A stretch of DNA of 64,000 nt from positions 111,044,001-111,108,000 of the forward strand of contig NC_086107.1 of NCBI RefSeq assembly GCF_963921235.1. The letters run 5' to 3'. Both the position numbers and the translations under genes were made by a program. The stretch is from Mobula hypostoma. Its lineage: Eukaryota. Each line of letters starts with the position of its first letter. The stretch's first letter is position 1. The notes beneath the pieces were generated by a model. The model searched no databases. It saw only the letters and a list, made by a program, of their open reading frames with translations, and was not told the DNA's origin. Positions 12,124-26,569 of this stretch are shown piece by piece.

Positions 12124-13473
12124 TTTATGGAGGAAGCTAAATAAAATTTCCAAAATATTGCCAAATTGACACTTACCATGTGCAAAAAGGAGGGGAAAGA
12201 CTAAGCCCAGTGTTGAGAGTTGAAATCCTGCAAGAATCTCGAGGCAGACGGGTCACACCACCACCTCACTGGAACCAGCCTGCCCACCACCAAGGACGTA
12301 TATACAGAAAAGTGCCAGAAAATGGCCAGCAATACTACAAAGGCTCCCACCCACTCTGCTCAACGACTGTTTGTCCCACTCCCATCAGGGAAGAAGCTAT
12401 GTAGCATTCATGCCAGGACCACCAGTCTCAAAAACAGTTATGTTCCCCAAACAGTGAGGCTGATCAACAACTCCATCCAATAACCCACCCCTCCACACCT
12501 CCACCACCACTACTTTATTATTTCCTGTCAGTCACCTTATGTACAGACGCTCCTGCGCTGAGCATCACTTCACGGACATATAATCAATCTATGTATATTA
12601 TATCGGCTCTCTTATGCATTTATATTTATTGTGTTTTTATTATTGTGCAAAAGAGGACAAATTGTGCAAGTAATCAATATTAAAAAATAAATAAATAATA
12701 CTGAGAACATGAATTGTAGTGTCCTTGAAAATGAGTCAATAGGCTAGGGAGTCAGTTCAACGTTGAAGTGAGTGATGTTATCCACACTGTTTCAGGAACC
12801 TGACGGTTGAGGGGTAATAACTATTGTTGATTGGTTAAAAATCATCTCAATAAACTTCTTTAGATAGATAGATAGATATACTTTATTGATCCCGAGGGAA
12901 ATTGGGTTTCGTTACAGCCGCACCAACCAAGAATAGAGCATAAATATAGCAATATAAAAACCACAAACAATCAAACAACAAAATGCAAACTATGCCAGAT
13001 GGAAAATAAGTCCAGGACCAGCCTATCGGCTCAGGGTGTCTGACCCTCCACGGGAGGAGCTGCAAAGTTCGATGGCCCTTTAGGTTCTTAATTAACTAAG
13101 TGAAGCCTCTTAGTTTAACATAAAGTACTCAGGGTGATGTCCCATCTGTACCTGATCCTTGCCAGCTTTGGGCTTCATGAATCTCAGAGGAATTAATCAT
13201 CTCACACATACTACTGGCTAGCGGAGAAATGCTTCTAACATCACCCCAAGGCTCTGGCTCTCATTGTATGGTTCAAGACTCTTCTGCCAAAAGAAATGAT
13301 CTGCTGTCCAGGCATGTAATCAAGTCTGCAAAACATCTTGAGCAGCTTAGTGGATCAACCCATGTCTTTATTCTTTGTGCATGTGCTTTTCTTATTTAAC
13401 CCGGTGGTGAGGGGATTGTGCCGTTTAACCGGAGGGTTGCCATGGCAATAACAGTCTTGCTCTTTGTTGCCAG

Positions 13474-13627
13474 GTTGTACGGAAGCATGCACACATGGCC
13501 GTGGGCTCCCTGACTATTAATGAAGAGCGCTCAGAGGTGATAGACTTCTCAGTCCCCTTCATAGAGACTGGAATCAGTGTTATGGTGTCACGGAGCAACG
13601 GAACTGTATCGCCTTCTGCATTTCTGG
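13474..13627 (+). CDS. GRIN2B: GluN2 exon C, 154 bp: S1 / pre-M1
   Basis: ttgccag|GTT and G|gtaagt. Encodes [51 protein letters not shown]. Confidence 0.96.
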
Positions 13628-14849
13628 GTAAGTGGTTCTTGTTTGACCAGATCATCTGGATATTTCTTAGATTTTCTATGAAATGTACGGTATCCAGAGA
13701 GACTTCCTTTGTCTGTCCTTGATCTTTATTGGCCTTAGACTACAGAAACCTAAGGTTCAAAAAAGTTCAGAGGTCCATTTATTATCAAAGTATGTATGCA
13801 GTATACAACTCTGAGATTCGTCTTCTCCGGATAGCCACGAAATTAACAAAAAAAAGCACACAGAAGTCATTTCAGACAGAAACAGAAAACCCTCTCACCT
13901 GCACAAAAAAAAAGAACTGCAACACGGTCATCAACCCCCACAACCCCCCCTTCCCTGCACAAAACGCAACAAGAACATCCACCCCTCCCCAGACTCCCTC
14001 CTCCCCATAATGTGCAACAAGAATATTGACCCCCAAATACCCTTCCAGCCGCATGAAAAAAAAACAGTGAGAAAGAATGGGTGAACAAACAGAATATAAA
14101 TATCGTAAGACTGAAAGATTCCTCTGCCAATCTCCGGGGAATTAAGCTCCTCACATTTATGAAGGGACGGAGTGGTAGGTAGCTGTTAGGGTAATACAAT
14201 CACAGTGCTGGCAACCCGGGTTTAATTCCCAGCACTGTCTTTAAGGAGGTTGAACATTCTTCCTGTGACCACATAGGTTTTCCACCAGGTGCTCCAGATT
14301 TCTTCCACATTCCAAATGACCCAAAGATGTATGGGCTAGTAGCTTAATTGGTCACCACATGGAAATGGGTGGTGCAGACTTGTTGGCTGGAAGGACATGT
14401 TACTGTGCTTAATATCTAAATTAAAATTTAAGAAAATCATTGGTGTTCATGTTCTACAACAACACTGACGCAGGAAAGTAGCATCCATTATCAAGAAACC
14501 CCACCATCTAGGCCATACTCTCCTCTCACTGCTGCCATCAGGAAGAAGGTGCAGGAGGAGCCTCAGGACTCGCACCACCAGGTTCAGGAACAGTTGTGCC
14601 CCTCAACCATCAGCTCTTAAACCAGAAGGGATAATTTCACTCAACCTCACTCGCCCCATCACTGAACTGATCCCACAGTCTATGGACTTACTTTCAGGGA
14701 TTCTTCATCTCAAGTTCTCGATTGTCATTGCTTATTTATTATTTATTATTTATTATTTTCTTTTTGTATTTGCACAGTTTGTTGTCTTTTGCACACTGGT
14801 TGTTGTGTTCAGTTTTTCATGGATCCTATTGTGTTTATTTGTATCTGTT

Positions 14850-15787
14850 GTAAATTGGATCAGCAAGTTTGCTGATGGTACAAAGATTGGGGGTGTAGTG
14901 GACAGTGAGGAAGGTTTTCAGAGCCTGCAGAGGGATTTGGACCAGCTGGAAAAATGGGCTGAAAAATGGCAGATGGAGTTTAATACAGACAAGTGTGAGG
15001 TATTGCACGTTGGAAGGACAAACCAAGATAGAGCATACAGGGTTAATGGTAAGGCACTGAGGAGTGCAGTAGAACAGAGGGATCTGGGAATACAGATACA
15101 AAGTTCCCTAAAAGTGGCATCACAGGTAGATAGGGTCATAAAGAGAGCTTTTGGTACATTGGCCTTTATTAATCAAAGTATTGAGTATAAGAGCTGGAAT
15201 GTTATGATGAGGTTGTATAAGGCATTGGTGAGGCCGAATCTGGAGTATTGTGTTCAGTTTTGGTCACCAAATTACAAGAAGGATATTAATAGGGTTGAAA
15301 GAGTGCAGAGAAGGTTTACAAGGATGTTGCCAGGACTTGAGAAACTCAGTTACAGAGAAAGGTTGAATAGGTTAGGACTTTATTCCCTGGAGCGTAGAAG
15401 AATGAGGGGAGATTTGATAGAGGTATATAAAATTATGATGGGTATAGATAGAGTGAATGCAAGCAGCTGAGGCAAGGGGAGAAAAAAACCAGAGGACATG
15501 GGTTAAGGGTGAGGGGGGAAAAGTTTAAAGAGAACATTAGAGGGGGCTTCTTCACACAGAGAGTGGTGGGAGTATGGAATGAGCTGCCAGACGAGGTGGT
15601 AAATGCGGGTTCTTTTTTAACATTTAAGAATAAATTGGACAGATACATGGATGGGAGGTGTATGGAGGGATATGGTCCGTGTGCAGGTCAGTGGGACTAG
15701 GCAGAAAATGGTTCGGCACAGCCAAGAAGGGCCAAAAGGCCTGTTTCTGTGCTGTAGTTTTTCTATGGTTTCTATGGTTCTATGGTT
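14850..15787 (+). mobile_element. CR1 LINE 3' fragment, same family as 45387-47616, opposite orientation
   Basis: ORF segment [22 protein letters not shown]...RPNLEYCVQFWSP and a (TTCTATGG)n tail. Confidence 0.93.
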
Positions 15788-17931
15788 GAATGGCATTCTG
15801 GTTGAATGCCCTAGTCAGGGGATATTTCATTAATTCTGTTATAGTTATTATTCTATAGACTTGTTGAGTATGCCCACAAGAAAATGAAATCCAGGGTTGT
15901 ATGTGGTGACGTATATGTACTTTGATAATAAAATTTACTTTGAACTTTTGAACTTTGTTATCATTACCTCATCAATCAAAAAATTATTTTTTTTTCCTGA
16001 CCCCCCTCAATGCATTTCAATTATAGTTCTCTTGTTTATTTCTAAGATGCATGGAGTCTCATATTGTAAGAAACAGTAAAATATGGAACACCAGCCCAAT
16101 GTGAATGAAAGCCACATTGGAAATAGGTCTTAGTTTAAATCCTGGAACACTTTACCCAACAGCGCCATGACAACAGCTTCACTGGGGTGACTCTGTAAGA
16201 CAAACACAAGTGGGGAAGGATATTAAATCCTGGTCTTATCTTCAATGTCTATGACCCAAGAATGAATAAAGAAAAATCTAGATCTAGGCAACTTGTGAGT
16301 GACCTAAGCACGTACCAGCTCCACAGAATGAAAGGAGGATCTCAAACTCCTGATGCTGTGATTGCCGCGATTCTCAAAAGAGAGATTAAAGATTAGTTTT
16401 ACTTGTCGCGGGAGCAATTTCCTCCAATCCCTGACCTCATTAAAGAGAGAGACGAGACTAGCATTATTTGTCACATGCACATCGAAAGTTCAAAACATGC
16501 AGTGAAATGTGTTGTTTCGTGTCAGCGACCAGCCCAGTCCGAGTAGGTGCTGGAGGAAGTCTGCAAGTGTTGCTATGCTACTAGTAGCAACATAGCACGC
16601 ACACAACTTTCTAACCCTAACCTGGATGTCTTTTGGAGTGTGGGAGAAAACCAGAGCACCAAGAGGAAACCCACAGGGAAAATTGTACAAACTCCTTTCA
16701 AACAATGGCAGGATTTGAACCCCAATCTTCTGATCACTATTGCAGTAAAGTGTTACACTAAACACCATGCTTCTGTGCCACCAGATATGTCATATTTCCT
16801 GGGATTGTCTATATCCCAGGAAAGATTCTCTAAAATGTTCCTTTTCTTGCCCGTACTGCCCTTGCTGAGGTGTAACAACAACTAGTCAGTCAGCCAAACT
16901 CCATTCAAAAATGACATGAGCGTCAGGGTATACCCTCCTCGTGCCTTGGGTTTATTGCAGACTCAAAAGTATGACATAGTGAATAAGGAATGAAACTGAA
17001 AAACAACAAAATACAGTGCAATTACTGTGTTTTTTCATTCACATGATATGCACAGGTAAGTAACAATTTAGTTAAGTTTCCTGCAGGTAAATACTCGAAG
17101 ATTCCGACAAGTAAGTACTACAGGTAAATAGCACGTGTAAACCATTGGCATCCAGATTAGTGTCTAATAAACTCAAAAATAATGTTCGATTTCAGCAACA
17201 TCTTAATGATACCTCTAGATTAAATTCTAAACAATATAATATCAACTTACAAGCAATGCCTCTGCTGGGGAAACAACAAGATGGCTTTAGGTAGAAGCTT
17301 CTTTCATTCCTAACATAAACCTCTGGCTTTCTGCCAGTCAAAGTGCTTTCTTACTTCCTTATTCCTGACTTAACAAGAAGTGACCTTATACAGATCTGAA
17401 ACTGCTCATTTCAAAATAAAAAATGAATGTGCTTAATCGTATAGAAAAAAACATAAATCAAATGCCTGAAGGGCAGAACGCTGTCCGTTCACCATTTCAT
17501 TGGGAAATGTTTCTGCATTCTGCTTTAGAGTCATGGCCTATGATAAAAATAATTTCAAAATGATGCTTCCTCTCAACATTATTCAATAGTGAAATACTAG
17601 TGACAGTGAGGTTCCAGGGACAATGACAGTGTGGTTCTAGTGACAGTGGGGGATTGTGAAACGTTAATGTGGATATTTATTTATTTACTGTCCGTACCAC
17701 TATCTGCTGGTGTTTAGGGCAGCAACTGAGATCCTCCATCTCTGTCTGTCTTTGGACATTCAGACATAAAAGGATTCTTCATTGGAAGAAGCACAGTCGA
17801 CGTTTCGGGCCAAGACCCAAGTCCTGACGAAGGGTCTCGGCCCAAAACATCAACTGTGCTTCTTCCTATGGATGCTGTCTGGCCTGCTGCGTTCCACCAG
17901 CATTTTGTGTGTGTTGCTTGAATTTCCAGCA

Positions 17932-20071
17932 GATTAGTTAAGGCATCCATTAGTCTTGCGAGATCATGGATCTGCACCTGGAAAGTCTTCACTCTCCAGG
18001 GAGTAGGCCTGGGCAAGGTTGTATAGAAACATAGAAACATAGAAAATAGGTGCAGGAGTAGGCCATTCGGCCCTTCGAGCCTGCACCGCCATTTATTATG
18101 ATCGTGGCTGATCATCCAACTCAGAACCCTGCCCCAGCCTTCCCTCCATACCCCCTGATCCCCGTAGCCACAAGGGCCATATCTAACTCCCTCTTAAATA
18201 TAGCCAATGAACTGGCCTCAACTGTTTCCTGTGGCAGAGAATTCCACAGATTCACCACTCTCTGTGTGAAGAAGTTTTTCCTCATCTCGGTCCTAAAAGG
18301 CTTCCCCTCTATCCTCAAACTGTGGCCCCTCGTTCTGGACTTCCCCAACATCGGGAACAATCTTCCTGCATCTAGCCTGTCCAATCCCTTTAGGATCTTA
18401 TACGTTTCAATCAGATCCCCCTTCAATCTTCTAAATTCCAATGAGTACAAGCCCAGTTCATCCAGTCTTTCTTCATATGAAAGTCCTGCCATCCCAGGAA
18501 TCAATCTGGTAAACCTTCTTTGTACTCCCTCTAAGGCAAGGATGTCTTTCCTCAGATTAGGGGACCAAAACTGCACACAATACTCCAGGTGTGGTCTCAC
18601 CAAGGCCTTGTACAACTGCAGTAGTACCTCCCTGCTCCTGTACTCAAATCCTCTCGCTATAAATGCCAGCATACCATTTGCCTTTTTCACCGCCTGCTGT
18701 ACCTGCATGCCCACTTTCAATGACTGGTGTATAAGGACACCCAGGTCTCGTTGCACCTCCCCTTTTCCTAATCGGCCACCATTCAGATAATAATCTGTTT
18801 TCCTATTTTTGCCACCAAAGTGGATAACTTCACATTTATCCACATTAAATTGCATTTGCCATGAATTTGCCCACTCACCCAACCTATCCAAGTCACCCTG
18901 CATCCTCTTAGCATCCTCCTCACAGCTAACACTGCCACCTAGCTTCGTGTCATCCGCAAACTTGGAGATGCTGCATTTAATTCCCTCATCTAAGTCATTA
19001 ATATATATTGTAAACAACTGGGGTCCCAGCACTGAGCCTTGCGGTACCCCACTAGTCACCGCCTGCCATTCTGAAAAGGTCCCGTTTATTCCCACTCTTT
19101 GCTTCCTGTCTGCTAACCAATTCTCCACCCACACCAATACCTTACCCCCAATACCGTGTGCTTTAAGTTTGCACACTAATCTCCTGTGTGGGACCTTGTC
19201 AAAAGCCTTTTGAAAATCTAAATATACCACATCCACTGGTTCTCCCCTATCCACTCTACTAGTTACATCCTCAAAAAATTCTATGAGATTCGTCAGACAT
19301 GATTTTCCTTTCACAAATCCATGCTGACTTTGTCCGATCATTTCACCGCTTTCCAAATGTGCTGTTATCACACCCTTGATAACTGACTCCAGCAGTTTCC
19401 CCACCACCGACGTTAGGCTAACCGGTCTATAATTCCCTAGTTTCTCTCTCCCTCCTTTTTTAAAAAGTGGGGTTACATTAGCCACCCTCCAATCCTCAGG
19501 AACTAGTCCAGAATCTAACGAGTTTTGAAAAATTATCACTAATGCATCCACCATTTCTTGGGCTACTTCCTTAAGCACTCTAGGATGCAGACCATCTGGC
19601 CCTGGGGATTTATCTGCCTTCAATCCCTTCAATTTACCTAACACCATTTCCCTACTAACATGTATTTCGCTCAGTTCCTCCATCTCACTGGACCCTCTGT
19701 CCCCTACTATTTCTGGAAGATTATTGATGTCCTCCTTAGTGAAGACAGAACCAAGGTAATTATTCAATTGGTCTGCTGTGTCCTTGCTCCCCATAATCAA
19801 TTCACCTGTTTCTGTCTGCAGGGGACCTACATTTGTCTTTACCAGTCTGGAAGACCAGCAGTTGCCCATGCTGCAAGTCTCCCCTCTCCACGACACTGAT
19901 GTTGTCCAAGGGAAGAGCAAGAGCCGATACAGCTTGGCACCAGTGTCGTCGCAGAGCACTGTGTGGTTAAGTGCCTTGCTCAAGGACACAACACGCTGCC
20001 TCTACTGGGGCTCGAACTCACGACCTTCAGGTCGCTAGTCGAATGCCTTAACCACTTGGCCACGTGCCCAC
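17932..20071 (-). mobile_element. tRNA-derived SINE (family of 9550-9865) split by the CR1 at 18025-19848
   Basis: ...gggcaaggttgtat | ggaagaccagcag... rejoin to match the intact copy. Confidence 0.85.
18025..19848 (-). mobile_element. Young 5'-truncated CR1 LINE with open RT
   Basis: Uninterrupted ORF from 19848 to 18121 ([39 protein letters not shown]). The 3' tail is an 8-bp repeat, (AGAAACAT)n on the + strand. Confidence 0.95.
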
Positions 20072-20600
20072 ATTAAATCTGCAGATTACCTCGTGTTTGA
20101 GGATTCTTCATCGCTGTTACCATAACAATTTTGTTTTACCAGTTGGGATTGTTAGCCTTCAGCTGAACTGAACCTGAAAGACTAGTGGGCCACTCTTAGT
20201 CTGGTGGTTACCCCTTGACCTGTTTGGCATGGGTGACCTTACCAAGAACCAAAGCATAAAGCCCTGACTCTAACCAGCGTAGTTCTCCAGGTCATTAAGA
20301 CATGCAAGCCTCCAAGCCATGGCAAGAGTTAAGGTTCTCTTGGAGGTAATGTGGGTAATACCATTAGATTTCTGAATGGACAATGAACCAACCCATGGAC
20401 ACTACCTCACTAATTTTTGCTCTACTTATCTAATTTTTTTAAATATATACAAATATTCCGTTTTATAATTTGTAGCTTTTTTTGGAAATTGCTCTGTACT
20501 GCTGCCGCAAAGCAACAAATGTCATTGGAAGTGCCAGAGATAAAAAGCCTGATCCTGTTTAAGTCATGGACTTTCACCGCCTTATTTTGGTCTGTTACAG

Positions 20601-20726
20601 AGCCGTTCAGTGCCGACGTCTGGGTGATGATGTTCGTGATGCTTCTGATTGTCTCGGCTGTCGCAGTCTTCGTCTTTGAGTACTTCAGCCCTGTGGGATA
20701 TAACCGGTGCTTGGCCGATGGAAGGG
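20601..20726 (+). CDS. GRIN2B: GluN2 exon D, 126 bp: M1 helix
   Basis: gttacag|AG and G|gtaagc. Encodes [42 protein letters not shown], which is GluN2B-type. Confidence 0.96.
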
Positions 20727-20914
20727 GTAAGCTGATGCTTTTGCACTACGCACTCTTGTCCACTCCTCCTCTGCCCACTGTGCAGCGGCTGCAAAGCTTA
20801 ATGAAGTTATTGGTCTCTGTTAGTGTGGTGGAGCTGTGGTGGACCAGTGACTTCCACTGCTGTTTCATTGTGTTGGAGTTCATTACACATCTTTGTAGGT
20901 CATTCAGAATGTAA

Positions 20915-22250
20915 TAAGACCATAAGACCTAGGAATGGTCTTTTAGCCCATCTAGTCTGCTCCGCCATTCCATCATGGCTGATTACATCCCCCCTCAACC
21001 CCATTCTCCTGCCTTCTCCCCATAATCTTTGACGCCCAGATTAATCAAGAACCTGTCAATCCCCACTTTAAATAAACCCAAAGACTTGGCCTCCACATTC
21101 CCGTCTATGACAATTCCACAAATTCACCACTCTCAGGCTAAAGAAGTTGCTCTTTATCTCTGTTCTTAATGGACGTCCCTGTATTCTAAGGCTCTGCCCT
21201 CTGGTCCTAGACTCCCCCACTATAGGAAACATTCTCCCCACATCCACTCTATCCAGGCCTTTCAATATTTGACAGGCTTCAATTCGTTCCCTCGTAGTTC
21301 TTCTAAATTCTGGAGAAAAGAGCATCAGTTGCTTTTCCTCTTCTGGGCTGGAGTGAGGGAGAGGGGTTGGTGGGTTATATTCCAGTGTTTAGAAAGGCTG
21401 AGAGGTGCAATGTGAAGTGTGAACTTGGACTTGGGCTTGGGGTAGGGAAGGTAAGCATTTAGAATGTAGAATATGAAGAATGAGGAGTGATTTGATAGAG
21501 GTATACAAAATAATGAGGTGTATAGATAGGGTAAGTGCAAGCAAGATTTTTCCACTGAGCTTGGGTAAGACTTGAACCAGAGGTCATGGGTTAAGGGTGA
21601 AAGATGAAATGTTTAAGGGGAACATGAGGGGAACTTCTTCACTCAGAGGGTGGTGAGAGTGTGGAACAGGCTGCCAGTGAAAGTTGTCGATACAGGTTTT
21701 ATTTCAAAATTTAAAAGAAACTTTGAAAGGTACATGAATGGGAGGTGCATGGGGCAGGATGATGGGACTAGGTAGCATAGTACTTTGGCATGGACGAGAT
21801 GGGCTGAAGGGTCTGTACTGTGCGGTGCTGTTCTATGTTATAGAGTTGTAGAACACTGCAGCACAGTACAGGCCATTCAGACCATGATGTTGTACTGACC
21901 CTTTAATTTACTCCAATATCAATCCAACCCTTCCTTCCCACATAGTTCTCCATTTTTCCTTATCCATGTACCAATCTACCTCGACTACTACCTTCAGCAG
22001 GGTGTTCCATGCACTCACCACTCTGTGTTAAAAAAATATCTCTAAGATAACCTCTGTTATTTTCTCCAATCATCTTAAAAGTATGTCCTCTCATGTTAGC
22101 CATTGCCACCTTGGGGGAAAAGGCGATGGCTGTAAACTCTATCAATGCCTCTTATCATCTTATAGATCTCTATTAAGTCTCCTCTCATCCTCCTTCACTA
22201 CAAAGGGAAAAGCCCTACCTTGCTCAAGCTTACCTCACGAGGCATGTTCT
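20915..22250. mobile_element. Cluster of CR1 3' fragments (20915-21320 minus, 21470-21840 plus, 21840-22250 minus)
   Basis: Remnants of GLDRVDVGRMFP...NFFSLRVVNLWN and CR1-type tails. Confidence 0.8.
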
Positions 22251-23280
22251 GTAGAAGTCAGTTTGTGCTGCTGGAATCAGACACAGGAGAGGTATGCTCT
22301 TTGGGTTTGCAGCATGTCGAGTGGCTCAGGGAGGGGGAGATGCAGGATGAGCTTAGTCCAAGGCACAACCTAAAATGCAGGTTCCAATCTTGTTGGCTTG
22401 CAGATCTCCCAGTGTGGTGCAGTACGATTAAAACTGTATCCCGGGGGGTCAACAACAGGTGCGCCAGGACCCCGTGTGTCATTTCTCTCAGTGCTCCAAA
22501 AGGAGCGATTCCAGAAAACTGATATTGTTATGTCTTTCCTGATTAGGATTGTTATTTTATTTCTAATTACTGGATCTCACAACCTACGTGTGAGTTCACA
22601 GCTGCTGTTGATTGCTTGTTATTGCATTGTTAAGCAATTAGCTTTTGTCATCAGGTCGGCCATTTGAGACCTTTGTACACTTCATTTAGTAGTTAGAAGC
22701 ACTTGTTAGAGGTGAAATGAATTTCAATTAATATTTGAATCTGTCTTTTGTAAGAATGCCGAGAAGTACTGTCTTTTCCCACTGGCTCCTTGCGTTCTGT
22801 AATGTGTTGGTGAATAATAAAATTACCTTCAACTACCACTACGCTGGAATGGAGTTATCCATCTGTCGAGCTGGAGAAAATGGGGAAACACTCTCGAGCG
22901 AGGGCAGATTAGACATCGTCCCCGCTAGCCCCACCTGGATATTTGCATTGGGTTCAAAGTGAGCCACACCAAGAAGCCGTTGGACAAATTGAGACATATT
23001 GAGTTGGAAATGATGGTTATCATGCTTCACTCCAGAAGTACTGAGAGAACAGTGTTATATAATCCAATTTCTACACTCTTCTCTAGAAACCCTCTTTACC
23101 CACTCAGACTGAAATAGAACAGCCTGCATTAACCCAGTGACAGAGCAACAGAAATCTACAAACTGGTCTTCCCAGGTTTCCCCTGCCTCATTGTAATCCG
23201 TTTTCAAACTCATCTGATTCCATGACGTAACTTACAATCTGTTATTCAATGTCTATATATCTATAAACAGTGTGTGTGTA

Positions 23281-23737
23281 TACTGTACCATTTTATTTGG
23301 TACACCTGCACACCTGCTTGTTAATGCAAATATCCAATCAGCCAATCATATGGCAGCAACTCAATGCATATAAGCATGCAGACATAGTCAAGAGGTTCAA
23401 TTGTTGTTCAAACCAAACATCAGAATGGCGAAGAAATGTGACTTTGACCATGGAATGATTGTTGCTGCCAGACGGGGTGGTTTGGTTATCTCAGAAACTG
23501 CTGATCTCCTGGGACTGCACACACGACAGTGTCTAGAGTTCATGGAGAATGGGGAAAGACATTAAAAAAAACATCCAGTTGACAGGAAGGTAACAGTAAC
23601 TTAAATAACCACACATTACAACAGTGGTGTGCAGAAGAGCATCTCTGAATGCAAAGCATGTTGAACCTTGGTGGATGGGCTGCAGCAGCAGAAGACCATT
23701 AGGTTCAAGAGATACCTAATAAAGTTGTTGCTGAGTT
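23281..23737 (+). mobile_element. Tc1 derivative
   Basis: Reverse-orientation, internally deleted copy of the same family. Confidence 0.75.
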
Positions 23738-23892
23738 TAATCTATCTATCTACCTATAGTATCTATCAATCTACTGTATATGTATATATATGTATTATTA
23801 CTGGATCTATGTTATTTTGTATCTAAAACTCACCTCCAATTACTTGATCAGTATATGATCAGGGCAATAAATCCAGAATTTGCCAACCTCCT

Positions 23893-25627
23893 TAGGCATA
23901 GGCAGAAGACTGGCCAACTGGCAGGAGACAAAGAGTGGGAGTAAGGGGAGCTTTTTCTGGTTGATTGCCGGTGACTAGTGGCGTTCCGCAGGGGTCGGGT
24001 GTTGGGCCCGCTATGTTCACGTTATATGTTAATGATCTGGATGACAGAATTGATGGCTTTCTGGCCAATTTTGCAGATGATACAAAGATAGGTGGAGGGA
24101 CAGGTAGTGTTGAGGAAGCAGGGAGTTGTGTTGAAAGACTTGGACAGATTAAGAGAATGGGCAAAGAAGTGCAGGTGGAATCCAGTGTAGGGAAGTATAT
24201 GGTCATTGCACTTTGGTAGAAGGAATAATGGTGTAGACTATTTTCTAAATGGGGAGTGAATTCAGAAATTGGAATTGCAAAGAGATTTGGGAGACCTAGT
24301 GAAGGATTCCCTTAAGGTTAACCTCCAGGTTGAGTCGGTAGTGAAGAAGGCGAATGCAATGTTGGCATTCATTTCTAGAGGAATAGAGTATAGGAGCAGG
24401 GATGTGATGTTGAGGCTCTATAAGGCGCTGGTGAGACCTCACTTGGAGTACTGTGGGCAGTTTTGGTCTCCTTATTTAAGAAAGGATGTGCTGATGTTGG
24501 AGAGGGTACAGAGAAGATTCACTAGAATAATTCTGGGAATGAGAGGGTTAACATAAGAGAAACGTTTGTCCGCTCTTGGACTGTATTCCTTGGAGTTTAG
24601 AAGAATGAGGGGAGACCTGATAGAAACATTTCGAATGTTAAAAGGCATGGACAGAGTGGATGTGGCGAAGTTGGTTCCCATGATGGAGGAGTCTAGTACG
24701 AGAGGGCATGACTTAAGGATAGAAGGGCGCCCATTCAGAACAGAAATGCGAAGAAATTCTTTTAGCCAGAGTGTGGTGAATCTATGGAATTTGTTGCCAT
24801 GGGCGGCAATGGAGGCCAAGTTGTTGGGTGTATTTAGGGCAGAGATTGGTAGGTATCTGAGTAGCCAGGGCATCAAAGGTTATGGTGAGAAGGCGGGGCA
24901 GTGGGACTAAATGGAAGAATGGATCAGCTCATGATAAAATGGCGGAGCAGACTCGATGGGCCGAATGGCTGACTTCTGCTCCTTTGTCTTATTGTCTTAT
25001 AAAATGCAACGTTTGCATTCATTTCAAGAGGACTAGAAAATGGATGTAATGCTTAGACCTTATAAACCATTGGTCACACCACATTTGGAGTCTTGTGAGC
25101 GGTTTTGGCCCTATATCTAAGAAAGGACGTGCTGCCATTGCAAAGGGTCCAGAGAAGATTCTCGAGAATGATCCTGGGAATGAAAAGGTTAATGTATGTG
25201 GCGTGTTTGAAGGCTCTGGACCTTTACTCGGTGGAATTTTGAAGAACAAAGGGGGATTTTATTGAAACCTATCGAATAATGAAAGACCTAGATAGACTGG
25301 ATGTGCAGAGAAATTTTCCAATAGTTGGTGAGTCTAGGAGCAGAGGGCACAGCATCAGAATAGAAAGATCTCATTAGAACAAAGATGAGGAGGAATTTCT
25401 TTAGCCAGAGGGTGGTGAATCTGTGGAATTCATTGCCACAGATGGCAAGTCAATTAGTATATTTAAAGGCAGATACATTCTTGATTAGTAATGGTGTCAA
25501 ATGTTGTGGGGAGAAAACAGGAGAGTGATGTTGAGAAAGAAAATAAATCAGCCGTGATGGAACAGCAGAGCAGACTCGATAGACTGAATGGCCTAATTCT
25601 GCTCTTCTGTTTGATGGTCTTATGGTC
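23893..25627 (+). mobile_element. Two tandem degenerate CR1 3' fragments
   Basis: ORFs with [15 protein letters not shown] and RPHLEYCGQFWSP. Tails end in cttatggtc-like repeats at about 25000 and 25625. Confidence 0.85.
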
Positions 25628-26276
25628 ATTTGCTTCCCAGGCAAAGGCGCAGTCTGGTCTCGCCCAGCAGCTCAGTGTAAAGAAGAGGGTGGGGAAGGAG
25701 TGCCATCCCCGGTAGCATGTAGGCAACTGCTAGCCCTTGTGGCTACAGGGGTCAGGGGGTATGGAGGGAAGGCTGGGTTCTGAGTTGGATGATCAGCCAT
25801 GATCATAATAAATGGTGGTGCAGGCTCGAAGGGCTGAATGGCCTACTCCTGCACCTATTTTCTATGTTTCTATGTTTCTATCATCGAACGTACAGTTCAG
25901 AAACAGGTCCTTTTGCCCACAGTGTTATGCTGAGTTAATTAAATTAGTAGTCATATGGCCAACTAACTTATCCCTGTTCTGTTTCTTGCACATTCATCTA
26001 AGGATCTTTCGAATGTCTCCATTAGCCCAGGGAGTGCATTCCAGGCCCCCACCACTCTCTGGGTAAAAAAATGCCCCATTTCAGAGATGTCTGGGGATCT
26101 GGTCAGGCTGAATTATTCGTGTCCTGTTGTAGGTCAGCAGGAGAGAATCTGATAGCAGTCAAAGTATACCCCGAAACAAACAAGATCATTGGGGTATACA
26201 ATAGAGTAGAGATAGGGTACAAAGGTCTCATTGCGACCTCCAGAACATTGAATTTCCCTTCTTCCGTTGTGTGTAG

Positions 26277-26506
26277 AACCCGGAGGCCCCTCGTTCACCA
26301 TCGGCAAAGCCATTTGGCTGCTCTGGGGCCTCGTTTTCAATAACTCCGTGCCAGTCCAGAACCCGAAGGGGACCACGAGCAAGATTATGGTGTCGGTCTG
26401 GGCCTTCTTCGCTGTGATATTTTTAGCCAGCTACACAGCCAACCTTGCCGCATTCATGATCCAAGAGGAATATGTGGACCAAGTATCAGGCCTCAGCGAT
26501 AAGAAG
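26277..26506 (+). CDS. GRIN2B: GluN2 exon E, 230 bp: M2 pore loop and M3 gate
   Basis: gtgtag|AA and AAG|gtaagc. Encodes [77 protein letters not shown], containing the NN site and SYTANLAAF. Confidence 0.97.
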
Positions 26507-26569
26507 GTAAGCTTCCAGCCACTCTTACATTGGCCCCATGATTGATTAGTTACCTGAGATCTCAAGTAA

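Larger units (their letters stand above)
17783..20099 (+). mobile_element. Penelope-terminus derivative with an inverted 5' end and a 12-bp TSD, interrupted by a SINE and a CR1
   Basis: AGGATTCTTCAT at 17771-17782 and 20100-20111. 17784-17818 is the reverse complement of 17832-17866. The terminus resumes at about 20077 (atctgcagattacctcgtgtttg). Confidence 0.8.

Noticed and set aside
18098..19213. Long + strand ORFs (230 and 134 aa; also 40961-41665 and 42464-43240)
   Set aside because: Antisense shadows of CR1 ORF2.
19849..19989. N-terminus of the 622-aa ORF
   Set aside because: Fortuitous read-through from SINE sequence into a truncated CR1, not a real fusion gene.
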